In this document: piece after piece, positions 41,579 to 54,919 of the stretch
Layout of the letters: each line of letters starts with the position of its first letter
Numbering within the stretch: position 1 is the stretch's first letter
Assembly: GCA_951406725.2 (NCBI GenBank)
Contig: OX597820.1
Location: 54,498,001-54,562,000 of the forward strand
Direction of reading: 5' to 3'
Origin: Octopus vulgaris
Lineage: Eukaryota
DNA: 64,000 bases
Notes under the pieces: model-generated
The model's input: only the letters and a program-made list of their open reading frames with translations
What the model was told of the DNA's origin: nothing
Databases searched by the model: none
Made by a program: the position numbers and the translations under genes

Positions 41579-42094
41579 ATATCTCTAAATCTAACTATGA
41601 GCACACACTAATATACATACATGCATACATACATATATACATACATACAGTGTTTAAAATCGCGCTTTATTTGTCGACAAAAAGCCATGGAGTTAAAGAG
41701 AGATCCACCATATGATCGCTGCACCGGACGTATTGGATAATATTGTTCAAGATATACAACGCGTGAAAAAGAGGAGTCGGAGATAGTCACGGCTAGAATC
41801 CCTTTCACTACGAGTCTGCTTTATCAATGATCATTTTGGGCTAAATAGCAACAATAAGACGCCATTTTGCTTTGTCAACCGTAGATGATGGCGGAAAGTA
41901 CATTTCTTTTAACTGTACTGCCTTTGGAGGAAATAAGGAAGCGAGGAATACGATTTATAAGAAAAGGTTGTCTATATTTCACACAAGTGACGGATTCAGT
42001 CATTTAATGGACGCCAAAAGGCTTTTTATCTTTACATTATCGTTGGTATTTCACTTACGTATAGCCTCTGCTAGATTTCCTATATTATGCGTAC

Positions 42095-42520
42095 ACGGTT
42101 ACACATACACATTAATATGTCACACTCTAACACAGTAACGTACTCAAATTAAACTGTGACATACACACACCGCTGTTGCAATATACACACGTTAGCAGAG
42201 TAACATATACACTTTTACACAGTAAAATATATACACACATAAACATGCATACTTAAATTCAGTTACATAAAGGCACTAACACGCACATTACATAGTAACA
42301 CATGCTAATACAGTACCATACATTAAGGCAGCTATATATACACATTAACACAGTAATATACACATACTAATACAGCAGTATAAACACACTAACACAGCAA
42401 CATACGTACATTAATACAATAACATACACAGACTAACAGAATAACATACACACAAATACAGCAAATTATACGCATTCGCACACCAACATACACTAACACA
42501 CCACCATACATGCTTACAAA
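42095..42520. repeat. Degenerate minisatellite, ~22-24-bp unit like acattaacacagtaacatatac
   Basis: Recurring taacacagtaac / taatacagca motifs. Confidence 0.6.
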
Positions 42521-42604
42521 TATTAGCTTATATATGTGTGTTACTCGGCATATATGTATTTTAATTTATGTATATCTATATGTGAATAATCATATAAATA
42601 TATA

Positions 42605-43169
42605 TTGGGTTGTCCGGAAAGTTCGTGCCAAATCATAGTAGCTTATCTTTCGACTTATTTTAGAACATGGTTGAGTCCATAAAATAGGATTTGACTACAC
42701 CTCCATTTAGAGCACAGTTTAAGCTATCTTTTCGTGGAAGAAGGTTTATGTTCCTATAACCTGTGTTAATTCTGTAGCCCTTTAAAATGGAAGATAAGAA
42801 AGTTCATTTTCGGCACTTGATGCTTTGGGAACCAGACAAAAATTGCTGCAACTCGGCTGGGATGTGTTACTCCTCCCTCCATATTCACCAGATATTGCTC
42901 CTTCGGATTTTCACTTATTCAGGTCTCTGCAGAATAGTCTTAAAGGTAAACATTTCAATTCCTTGGATGACGTAAAAAGATACCTCGATGAATTCTTTGC
43001 CATGAAACAACCTCAATTCTGGGAAGAGGGTATTTTCAAGTTAAAGGAAAGATGGAGACGCATTGTGCAACAAAAGGGTTCATTTTGGTTGATTAAAAAT
43101 GTAATGACAAGTATTTATTGATCTTTTTCTTTCCTTTAAAAATCAGCATGAACTTTCCGGACAACCTAA
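42605..43169 (+). mobile_element. Internally deleted mariner with both TIRs and TA target duplication
   Basis: TA-ttgggttgtccggaaagttcgtgc ... gcatgaactttccggacaacctaa-TA. The ORF start MEDKKVHFRHLML is fused to the C-terminus LGWDVLLLPPYSPDIAPSDFHLFRSLQN. Confidence 0.93.
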
Positions 43170-43357
43170 TACATATATATATATATATACGTGTGTGTGT
43201 GTGTGTGCGTGTGTGTGTGATGTGTGTATGTGTGTGTGCGTACGTATCTATACACAATGACTGCATATTCCAATTTAATTGATAATGTTAAATTGCAATT
43301 TGCTGAAAAGAAAATCAGCATTATGTAATCACATCGGCAGAGTAGATACACATATAA

Positions 43358-43458
<101 letters not shown>

Positions 43459-43502
43459 CATGCGTATGAGTGTATACAAATGAGTATTTATGGTAATGTG
43501 TA

Positions 43503-43547
<45 letters not shown>

Positions 43548-44468
43548 TTCTTTGTATGTGTGTGGATGTGTAAACCGAAAAGGAAAACAATTTCACCGGT
43601 AACTGAAGGCTTATTCAGTACTTATGTACTTTTTGTAGATTACATATTAATTAATTTTTACAATGAAAAATTTGACTTCGAAGTGTCAGCTTGCTCGCTG
43701 TCAGCGATGTATTATAGAATAAATGTATTGATTTTTAACCAACACTATATATGTAGACAGATTTAAGCAACTTGACTTTTGCACAATATCTGCTTCGGTA
43801 GAAAAAGAATGATTAGCTCAACCGGTTTCCATCCTTACGTTGGGATGTCATCAAGGACAGAGTGCCTTCTTTAACTGCACACGGAGATAATGTTTATAAA
43901 GCCATTATGAATAAGTGTTACAGTGAATGGGATAAACTGATTTGCCTGAAATGATGCATTCTCAGAAGCCGGTTTCATTACTGAACTAGAGGTGAGTTAG
44001 CAGTGTTTTACTATGATGCTATCAATATATTGATACAGAAGGTAAAGTGTGTACTTCTGTCTCGACGTAGACTATAAACTAAATATTTGTAGAAATATTT
44101 TGTAGAGTACAGCATAGCATTATAAAACACCACTGTCAACTCACCAGAGAATTTCCAGGAACCAGAAATACGCATGTATTCTATGTCATACCTTGACAAT
44201 GTACGCACAATATACGCTTGGGTGTGTGAACGCATATGTCTATGTTCATGTGATGATGAGGATGAGGAGGATGATGATGATGTGTGTGTGTGCACGCGCG
44301 TATGTGTGTGTGAAAAAGAAAGCGAAAAGAGTAGTGAAAATGTCGAAGAATATGTGTGCACGCGTGCCTGCCTGCTTGCGCGTACGCTGTAACAGATTTA
44401 AATATCTAGTCTTTTCATGTATTTTTATGGGCAGAAAGATAGCGATCGTCCAAACCGGTTTCATTTAT

Positions 44469-44532
<64 letters not shown>

Positions 44533-44736
44533 TATATACTTATCTTATACAGATAAGAGGAAAAGATCTATCAGAAAGGAACTCTATCTCTCTTAAAAAA
44601 ACATCTTTTGACAAGCATAACAAATGCGCAACCGGTAAAAGAACTTTCACCTAATTAAATTACTTAAATTATTTTGTCAGCATTTTCTTCATTTCCTTTT
44701 TTATATATCACAACTCGTGTTCCACATCTCCTTTTT

Positions 44737-44801
<65 letters not shown>

Positions 44802-45004
44802 GAAAGGTAGATTCTGAGCAACACTTAGGCAAGTTTAAACAATTTGTCTTTTTATACATTTATATAATATCTTCATGGATACAAATGGAGGAACCAACCA
44901 GTCTGGTTTCAATTCTTATTTTGGGTGAGACCAGGGGCTGAGTATGAATCATCATCATCATCATTTTGTCGTCTCCGTCATCCTCATTCCTCTTCTCATC
45001 ATCG

Positions 45005-45069
<65 letters not shown>

Positions 45070-45181
45070 GTCGTCGTCGTAGTCGTCATCGTCGTTGTCG
45101 TCGTCATTGTCAATGTGGTTAATCTCATCATTGTTAATGATCGATCGTTTTTATCAATTATCGTTAACAATTTGTCGTTAC

Positions 45182-45257
<76 letters not shown>

Positions 45258-45330
45258 GGCAACTGCAGTAACAGGACATTTCAAAATGACGATTTCAGAT
45301 AATCATATGTTTCTTTTATTTTTATTCCAG

Positions 45331-45530
45331 CCTGAAAATATACTTTGTATGACCCGATCGGGAAATCGAATCAAAATTATCGACTTTGGGTTAGCTCGCA
45401 GATTCGACCCAAGAGATGACATGAGGGTATTGTTTGGAACACCTGAGTTTATTGCACCCGAGGTGGTGAACTTCGAACCAATCGGTCATCGCACTGACAT
45501 GTGGAGTGTGGGCGTAATAACATACATACT
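45331..45530 (+). CDS. MYLK: MLCK-like kinase exon (PENILC...IKIIDFGLARRF...VLFGTPEFIAPEVVNFEPIGHRTDMWSVGVITYIL)
   Basis: ttttattccAG acceptor, GTAAGT donor at 45531. Contains DFG, APE, DMWSVG and the MLCK signature VLFGTPEF.APEVVN. Phase 0/2. Confidence 0.97.
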
Positions 45531-45532
45531 GT

Positions 45533-45565
<33 letters not shown>

Positions 45566-45668
45566 CAGTAGTAGTAGTAGTAGTAGTAGTAGTAATGGTG
45601 GTGGTGGTGGTGTTAGTGTTAGTGGTAGTAGTAGCAACGTCATAGCTCTTCAGTATTAAATCTTCCTG

Positions 45669-45699
<31 letters not shown>

Positions 45700-45787
45700 A
45701 TATGTATATATATATGTGTGTGCATGTATATATATATGTATATATATATATATATATACATATATATATACATACACATATATATAA

Positions 45788-46121
45788 AGACCCCCTTTCG
45801 GTCATGAATGACCATGGGATTGCACCTAGAAAGTTACCCTCCTAGACACAAGTCCGGGCACGGTTGTTTATGGAAGACCAGCAGTCGCCCATGCATACCA
45901 GCCTCCCCTCTCCACGCCACCAGTGTTATCCAAGGGAAAGACAAAGGTCGATACAGCTTGGCACCAGTGACGTCGCAACTCATTTCTACAGCTGAGTGAA
46001 CTGGAGCAACGTGAAATAAAGTGCCTTGCTCAAGAACACAACACGCAGCCCAGTCCGGGATTCGAGCTCACAACCTCACGATCATAAGCTCGACGCTCTA
46101 ACCACTGAGCCATGCGCCTTC
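45788..46121 (-). mobile_element. SINE family C, full length, inverted relative to 32688-33022
   Basis: High identity to the reverse complement of 32688-33022 (compare ORF-track peptides at 32810 and 45808). Confidence 0.88.
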
Positions 46122-46188
<67 letters not shown>

Positions 46189-46389
46189 CATATATATATA
46201 CGCACACACATACATATATACATGCACTCACACATACATACACTGCGGGATTCTTTCACAGTTTCCGTCCACCAAATCCACTCACAAAAGCTTCGGCGGG
46301 CCCGAGGCTGTAGTAGATGACACTTGCCCAATGTGTCACTCAGTGGGTCTGAATCTGAAATGTCGTTGGGAAGCAAACTGCTCTCCACA

Positions 46390-46453
<64 letters not shown>

Positions 46454-46608
46454 AATAAATACAATATAAGTTTTTACGTGTTACTATTAGTTTCATATGC
46501 TGGGAACATGCCAAACATTGTTTTATAAAACGTCTGGTGTCCCTGCACAATCATAATGGTAAGATTAACAAAAAAGTACATTGGGCAGTGTCTGGATATA
46601 TATGTATA

Positions 46609-46650
<42 letters not shown>

Positions 46651-46651
<1 letters not shown>

Positions 46652-46961
46652 TTTATCTGTTTCACTCATTTGATTGCGGCCATGCTGGAGCACCGCCCTT
46701 TAGTCAAGCAAATCGACCCCAGGACTTATTCTTTGTAAGCCTCGTACTTATTCTATCGGTCTCTTTTTCTCGAATCGCCAAGATATGGGGTCGTAAACTC
46801 ACCAACATCAGTTGTCATGTGATGGTGGGTGGTCAGACACAGGCAAAAGAGACCGATAGAATAAGTACTAGGCTCACAAAGAATAAGTCCTGGTGGTCGA
46901 TTTGCTCGACTAAAGGCGGTGCTCCAGCATGGCCACAGTCAAATGACTGAAACAAATAAAA
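46651..46961. repeat. Two SINE B 3' halves in opposite orientation forming an inverted repeat (~115-bp arms)
   Basis: 46651-46768 (-) and 46845-46961 (+). Confidence 0.82.
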
Positions 46962-46987
46962 GAACAAAAGTGTATGTATTTAGGCTA

Positions 46988-47065
<78 letters not shown>

Positions 47066-47239
47066 CACACACTCATCTCACTCACTCATACATACACACA
47101 CACACACACACACAGACACACACTCAATCACATACTGTTGGTTCTTTCTTTTACCCTTCTTGTTTCTTGACCATTTACTTTTATCATCGTCTCTTCCCAT
47201 TCATTTATTCAAAATATTCCCTAATTTCTTTTCACGCAG

Positions 47240-47392
47240 ATTGTCCGGGCTGTCACCTTTCCTAGGTGACAATGATAACCAAACACTTGCAAATGTCACC
47301 TGCGCTCAGTGGGACTTCGATGCAGAAGAATTCGAAAGTATATCTGCCGATGCCAAAGACTTCATCTCAAAGTTATTGGTTAAAAGACCTAC
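47240..47392 (+). CDS. MYLK: MLCK-like kinase exon (LSGLSPFLGDNDNQTLANVTCAQWDFDAEEFESISADAKDFISKLLVKRPT)
   Basis: ttttcacgcAG acceptor at 47238-39, GTAAGT donor at 47393. LSGLSPF.GDND..TLANVT...WDFD is characteristic of MLCK. Phase 2/2. Confidence 0.96.
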
Positions 47393-47664
47393 GTAAGTAT
47401 TTTTCACTCTTTTCTTCATCCTCACTCCATCCTACCAGCTTGATTACACGCGTCGCATAATAACACAAATTAAGTTTTTGACTGCATCCTTAAATTTCGT
47501 TATCACTCCTATAATGATGTTAATTATCCACCCCAAAATGTAGAATATATATTTTCTGGTTCTGCAATGTTTTTTCAGTATCTCCATCTCCCATGGGAAC
47601 GGTTTTCATATCCAACTCTAAAAGTATTTGATTATTGCTCTGTAAAGTGATATTTGATGAAATA

Positions 47665-47763
<99 letters not shown>

Positions 47764-48003
47764 TGTATGTATGTATGTATGTATGTATGTATGTATGTTA
47801 TATATATATATGTGTGTGTGTGTATATATGTATATATGTTTATATATATGTATATATACATATATACATATATTCATATATATACTTATTTTGTGCATAT
47901 ATGCCTATATGTTTATAGAATTTTTATTGCTCACAAGGGGCTAGACATACATATATGTACATATGTATATATATCCCTACTTTATGCATATATAGATACA
48001 TGG

Positions 48004-48047
<44 letters not shown>

Positions 48048-49099
48048 ATATTAGGAAACACCATCTTGTTAACTTCCTTGTAAAAGCTCCATCAAGAAAA
48101 TATCTATACATAAGCAACAGATTAGATTTCCTTGAAGAGAAGAATTAAGAATTGGTCTGATATCACTTCATTGTTCTTGAAGGTCTCCTCACTAGTTTGG
48201 TAAAAAGGATAAGTAATTAAAAATGTTTTGGAGAAGTGAACCTAATAAAGAATGTATTTAATAAGAACTTGTGAGGGCGAGGAATAAGTAGAACGCTTAT
48301 CTTCTTTCACGTGTCTTACTCTGATGACGTCATCCTATCACACATTGGAAGCTAAATGTTTAGCAGTTTGAAAAGTTTGTTTTAAGATTAATCTATTTGT
48401 TGTTGTATTTAATGGGTTCTCAAGATTTCGTTATGCTTCGCTTAATCAGCTTTCGTCTGTATTCATTCTCAGACAAATAGTGTTTAATCATGAAGGATGA
48501 AACATTAAAAAAAAACATTCGACTCTTTGTTGATGTCTTTTATCTAAAATAATTTTCTTTAAAAGCAATTTCCGTTATATCGGTCTATTTCTTCACATTA
48601 AAAATGAAACCAATGCGGAAGCGTCTACGCGGCCACCGCTCCACTAGAAATAGCAGCAGAATCTCCCTCAGATAATGTCATATACTCTTAAAGAGTATAA
48701 TATAGAGAAAGACGAGTTACGACTAGGATGCTTTTAATCATGGGCCTCCTCGAGCAAAACCGAATGGAGATTAAACAATGAATTCATTGTTTTTAAATCA
48801 AGCCAAAATGGGAACGGGTGATCAACTTGCTGGAAGCAGGAGCCAAATTTTGCTTCACGCAGGTATATGACCTGCCAGAAATAACGGCCAATTTTCCCTC
48901 AGATTACTCTTCAATGTCTTAAAACGTGAAAGAAGAATGGGACTATATAGCCCCAACGATTACTACCAAGGAAAAGGAAAAACGATATGCTCATGACTGG
49001 CTTTGGTCATTGGTCTATTTAATCAGGGTTCACCTGGGACTAAACAACGTAATAAAAAGATACATAAGATACACTCGCGCAAACATTATCACAATCTCG

Positions 49100-50675
49100 T
49101 CTACTTTATAAAATAGAGATGTGTGTGTATTCGCATTTCACGTGTATCTCTATCTCTTTATATCTCTCTATACATCTCTATTTCTATATCTTTCTATCTG
49201 TATCTGTTTGTCTATATCTATCTATATCTATTTTATTTGTATAAGTAGCTAGCTCTCTCTCTCTCCCCCTCTCTCTATTTCTCACTCACTCTCTATTGCT
49301 TTTACTTTCATTTTTCAGACGCTATTGTTTTTACTTTAAGTTCCATCGCTATTGTTTTCAGTGTAAGTTTTCAATCGCTATTTACAAACAACGACAAATT
49401 ACTGACAGAAAGAAGTTCACAATTACTGATGAAAGTATTTTCATACATAATTTACATACAGAAGTAACATTTCACTTATATCCGTACACTTAGTTTATTT
49501 CCCTGAAAATTTCTTATTTACTTTGGCAAGAGTTTTGTGTTTTTCTGTTGTTAACAACTTTTTCCTGGTTCTTTTAATACTGGCTCGTTGGTTCACTAAG
49601 GGACAAATTTCGCTTCAACCCGTACAATTCTTTATTTTCCGTAAAAATTTCTTATTTACTGTCTGCCCGTCGTATTAAGAAATATAATTTCCGTTACCCA
49701 GTTATTTTCATTGTTTACTATCTTCTATGCTCGTGTATTTCTGTATACGTATATAACCATACCTAGAAGGAAAGTGTCAAATTTGTGTGCAATGTCAAGG
49801 TCAGCCAAAAGAATATCTCTTTGCAAGGAAAGAAAGACAGCTGTAGAAAGGGAAGTACACCAAGAAACGAACAGACTGCACTACGAAAGCCAGAGCATCT
49901 CAAAGTGATGAACAGAGGTATGCACGGCTGGCAAGGAATAGGATCTCCACTGTAGAACGAAGAGCAATTGCAACAGCTCAGAGAAGCAACTTCTATGAAG
50001 CAGCTTCCAATTATAATCCAGTAGTTCATTATGCAGATGACACTAGAGTTTCCATTGATGCAATGACAACAGAGTGCATACTTTGTAAAGCAAGGAAGTG
50101 ACCTGGAGTGACACGTCCACTGTGCTACAGTGGTGGAAAGGTTAAACTCTCTGCAATCTCCCAACCTCCAGAGCCATTGAAGAAACTGTTATCACCAACT
50201 GACCAAGATTACAAGTACTTCCAAAACAAAATTAGACAATACAACGCTGTACTACAGATGACATCATTTGGAGCCACAAGAGATTTAACTGAGCCAGGAT
50301 TCATACAAACTTTCAAAATCCAAGGTCAGATTTATTATCGGATTGGCTCTCTACTACCTCTGTCAAATGAATCAACAAAATCGGCCTTTCATTGTTTATA
50401 TTCTGTACCCGCTTTTTTTTCTTTTTTGTTACGAAATAAGCTACACAAAACGTGTTTTTTAATTAAGTGTTTTTACTTTATATACATATATAATTTGAAA
50501 ACTTTCTTTTAACATTTCACTTAATGCCTATGTTCCACGTTGGCATGAGTTAGAGAGTTATTAATGTAGAAAGTTGATATCTCAGCTACCAGCAGTTGGG
50601 ACCTGCGTAATCTAGACGACGTTTTTAAATTTTATTAGTCTCTTTAACCCGAGCAACGCCGAGTATATCTGCTAG
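49100..50675 (+). mobile_element. Non-autonomous Helitron with a Rep/helicase N-terminal remnant
   Basis: 5' TCtactttataaaa. 3' hairpin acccgagcaacgccgagt followed by CTAG|t at 50672-75. ORF remnant CYSGGKVKL..PPEPLKKLL..IRQYNAVLQMTSFGA..FKIQGQIYYRIGSLLP. Confidence 0.88.
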
Positions 50676-50972
50676 TTAGTTATATAAATCATCAGAGAAT
50701 CGCAACTGATTAGTTGCTGAATAAACCAAAAAACGCCCGATTTGTTTTTTGCTTATTAGTTTGCTTTTGTTTTTGTATTTTTTTTCTGAGACTTACTCAA
50801 CTGCGGATTCCAACCAAATGATACTTGCACAATAACGCAAGTCCCTCTCACGGTTTCCTTTCAGGAAACCACGGAATATTCATGGAGTTCTGACTACTGA
50901 TTATTTGTCGTGAAATATATACAGCATTTAAATCGTACTGTACATATATATGTATATACACATACATACATA

Positions 50973-51051
<79 letters not shown>

Positions 51052-51651
51052 ATGCAAACATGCATGTATATTGATGATTATATGTTTTTCTTTCGTCTTC
51101 TGTAAACCTGTCTCCTTATTTAATGTGTTCTTCATTTATAAGACGCCATTGTGTTATTTGAAGGAGATTTGGCGTCTACTTCCGACAACACAGGTGAACA
51201 TGTAAAGGTTCAGTTATGGCCTTTTGTACTCCTTGTTATAGATGCTCTTTGCCTCAGGTCTATCCTGATCGAGCTCAGACATATAGACAAACGTGATCCA
51301 GTCAAAAGCATCCCATCTTATATTTTTTACCATTAGAGTAGCTTGGGGGCGGGGAGGGGCGATCCATCATTAGCGGTGCTTTTATTGGGCTGGCCTTTAG
51401 AATCTACTGTGTAGGGGACAGGAGGTTGGCATCCTCAAAGACTACGCCGTCCGACACACTCTAGCTATGTCACTGACGTTTTTGTACTACATTATCTATT
51501 AAGAAAGTCTGATGTGATTTGAGGAGAACTTAGCTGTTATATCTAGCAGAGCTAGCTATCACCTAAAGGTTCTCTCGTTCGCTGTTGTTGTTGATGTTAT
51601 TACTGCTGTTTATGAAGCCACGTTGCTTATATTTATTCACTTCTTTTGCAG

Positions 51652-51697
51652 AAAACGATTGTCAGCCACAGATTGCCTTGAACATACATGGTTAAAG
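51652..51697 (+). CDS. MYLK: MLCK-like kinase exon, subdomain XI (KRLSATDCLEHTWLK)
   Basis: ttcttttgcAG acceptor at 51650-51, AAG|GTATTT donor at 51698. R....CL.H.WL end-of-kinase motif. Phase 2/0. The six exons total 839 nt with no stop. Confidence 0.9.
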
Positions 51698-51976
51698 GTA
51701 TTTTTTTACTTATTATTTTATATCAATTATTTTATGGTAATTTATCACATCTCTAAATTAATTAGCAATTTCCTTAAGAGAGTTACTTCTTCAATAACTC
51801 TTTTAATTGCTATTAGTTGCTCTTAATTACTTTTCTTTTTAATTATTAGATTACTCTTAATACATTAATTAACCTGTGGTTTTTCAGCTTGTGTGATTAA
51901 ATAACTTGGCGGCCATAAGCCTCAGGCTGAAGGCTTTATGTATATATTATTACCGTGTGTGTCTGTGTCTGTGTGT

Positions 51977-52073
<97 letters not shown>

Positions 52074-52569
52074 CATGTATGTATCTATGTATATATGTAT
52101 AAGATAAATAACTAAATAACTCAGAGTTGCTAGTGGTATGAACTTGGATATAAAGACAAATAACGGAACATTAGATACTTTGCAAGATATAAACTTGTTT
52201 TATTGAAGTTATCTTCGCTTCAAGTAACAATTGAAAAAGCGCCTGCTGAAAATTGTGACTGATTCCAAATGATAAGAGGAGATAACTTCAAGAATCAAGA
52301 ATTATCCAGAACTGACATACAATTAAGGAAATTAAGTCTGTTGTTCTTTTTTTAAGGAGATAAGAGAAAAGCTGTGGTCGTGTTTCTACCTCAATAGGCG
52401 TCATAGCACAACAGTTATCCGACCTTGATTCCAGCTGGCATAGACCTTATATATAAAAAAAAGTCGAGAACCTTTACGGTCTAAGGTAACTTGCATGATT
52501 AAAACGAAAAACGAAGAAAGATATATAGTTCAGTGACCAGTGATATAAATTTAGATTTCTAAAAAAGGG

Positions 52570-52604
<35 letters not shown>

Positions 52605-52609
<5 letters not shown>

Positions 52610-52993
52610 CTGCTGTTATGTTAAACTATGGTGTATCAAAAAATGACTAAATGCGTTTTTTTTTAATTCAATATTTAATTTTGCTTGCAATATCCGGTTC
52701 TTTTGGTCAAACTATCGTATCTCCAGCTGTTTCGGATGCCAAGATAAGAGGATTGTCAAAGTGTAGTACAACGATTTAGCATTTTTCAATAGTGTAGTAA
52801 GTCCCACAAACGACAGCTTTGCAAAAATATTTCATACATGCATGAAGTTACGATTTTAAGCACCCAACTAAGTATTATTGTTAAGCTGAAACTGTTGCTA
52901 ATGTAAAAGGAAATGGAATGGTGAAACTATTTTTTCGTTTTCTAAAAAAGCAATGTTTTGGACTTACGACACTCTTGCATAATAGCAGCGATA
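52605..52993. mobile_element. MITE-like element with ~16-bp TIRs
   Basis: tatcgctgctgttatg ... cataatagcagcgata (15/16 match). Internal sub-terminal inverted motif agtgt.gtaagtcc. Confidence 0.6.
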
Positions 52994-53729
52994 CATATTC
53001 ATATATGTACATGCGTGAATATGTATATATGTATGTCTATAAGTGTTCGATCATGTTCTAAGTATCAAAGTGCGAAGTGCTTAATATAATGAATATAGAG
53101 TTAATTTACATATTTCTTACAATTCCAAAAATTTTGTCACACAATTATTACTATTCGATTCAGAATCAGTTAGTTTGACAAGTTTTTCATAATTCGGATA
53201 GTGTATACATACATGCATGCATGCATGCATACAAACATACATACAAACATACAAACATACATACATACATACAAATACAAACATGCATTTATATATAGTT
53301 TGTGTGTGTATGTGTGTGCGTAATATGAATATATCTATGTATGCATGTATATGTGAGAAAGTAAGTAGGTTGTGCAGTATATGTCAATCAGTAATTTAGG
53401 AACACAATACCCATAAGCGTAGTTATAGAACTACAGTGAGAACACACAAGTTGATGGAGAACTAGACGCTGTAAAATGTTGGTAAGTGAAACTTTCCGTA
53501 TCAGTCTAAGTATTTATTCGCTTCTGCTTCGAGCGTACCTGATTGGGTTGAATGGTGATTTGTTGATTAGTAAACAGTACTTAAATATAGGACATATTTT
53601 GGTTTGTTATGTAAAAATTGCCACGGAGAAAAATTAGGATTCTGAAGATACCATGAGATTTTGCTGAAAATTGTTTTAAGCTTTGTATATGTAGATAACA
53701 CTAACTTTCTTTTTTTTATGTATTTGGCC

Positions 53730-54160
53730 AGTAAGTGTTACTTCCCTTTTGCTTCTATCTAGAAATCAAAGGAAATTACTACTATTCCCTTCAAACTTGA
53801 CTTTTCTGACCTGGATTTCAATGTATGGAAACTGATCTATTTTCCATTACATCTAAGGCAGATTCACCGCTGAAATGCCGAAGCAGAGATGTCGTTATTG
53901 CAAATATTCTACTCAGTACCACAGATTTGCTTGTCAGTTGCTTGACCTTAACCACTTAAGCATGACCCTTAGTGACTGATAGTATGTGCATCTCTGATCA
54001 TGAGCAGGAGTGGTGGGGCAGGGGAATCATAGCCATGTGTCGAGAGGGATTCTTTGGGGTTTGAATAAATGTAACAAAAGCGATTTCTCATAGTTTCTAA
54101 AGGTAAGCAAATGGGAAATAACAGTTGCTACCTAAGAACAAAAATCGTGTTACACAGTGT
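53730..54160 (+). mobile_element. Interspersed repeat, homologous to 61157-61574 and partly to 4799-5296
   Basis: Shares cagtaagtgtta...agaaatcaaaggaaattac...catctctgatcatgagcaggag...aaaaatcgtgttacacagtgt. Confidence 0.75.
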
Positions 54161-54230
54161 AATGGTTGGACTTAACTGTGTGTTGTTCATATAAATGCCG
54201 CTGCCGATTTGTTTAGCTGTACTTAATAAT

Positions 54231-54267
<37 letters not shown>

Positions 54268-54274
<7 letters not shown>

Positions 54275-54785
54275 AACATATAAACAAGGGCTAAAGAAAA
54301 TTATTTCTATGCCAATATACTGATAACAGACTTTTAAATCGTCAATTTCCACATATTATTTACTCGCAACAGAAAACACGTAGAGTTGAAATCGAAGAAA
54401 GCCAGCCAATAGAATTTTAAAAAGTTCGTTATTTCTATATTGAATCAATTTCGGAATTAATCTCATAATAGATTTTTTCCTCCTCAGTATAAAATACGAA
54501 AAGACATAAATGAAATACTTACATGCGCCCATGGAAAAAAGCCGAAGCAAAAATCTTGAGTATAAACAAGTACCCCAGATACATCTAAAAATATAATCCT
54601 TTGGTCAGCCTCAGCACACGTGTGAACTTTTTTTTAAATTCTGTTGGCTGGCTTTCCTCGATTTCAGCTCTACGTGTTTTCTGTAGCGAGTAAATAATAT
54701 GTGGACATTGACGATTTAAAAGTCTGTTATCAGCTTATTGGCATAGAAATAATTTTCTTTAGCCCTTGTTTATAAGTTGTTTATA
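54268..54785. repeat. Inverted repeat with ~160-bp arms and a ~196-bp spacer; insert bounded by (TA)n on both sides
   Basis: Arms 54268-54427 and 54624-54785. The spacer contains a minus-strand hammerhead-like motif. Confidence 0.9.
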
Positions 54786-54868
54786 ATTTTAACCATAAAG
54801 GTATTTTAATATGCTGCGACATTTTTTGCTGAAATTTTTTTTCCGTAAAAAAGCTTCATCCTATATTA

Positions 54869-54917
<49 letters not shown>

Positions 54918-54919
<2 letters not shown>

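Noticed and set aside
42095-42520. Regularly spaced repeats, considered as CRISPR-like
   Set aside because: This is a degenerate contiguous minisatellite without unique spacers, in a eukaryotic context with no cas genes.
52720-52750. cagctgtttcg resembling a hammerhead 3' half (also 24170-24185)
   Set aside because: No matching CUGAnGA box or stem I nearby. The 52720 case lies within a TIR element.
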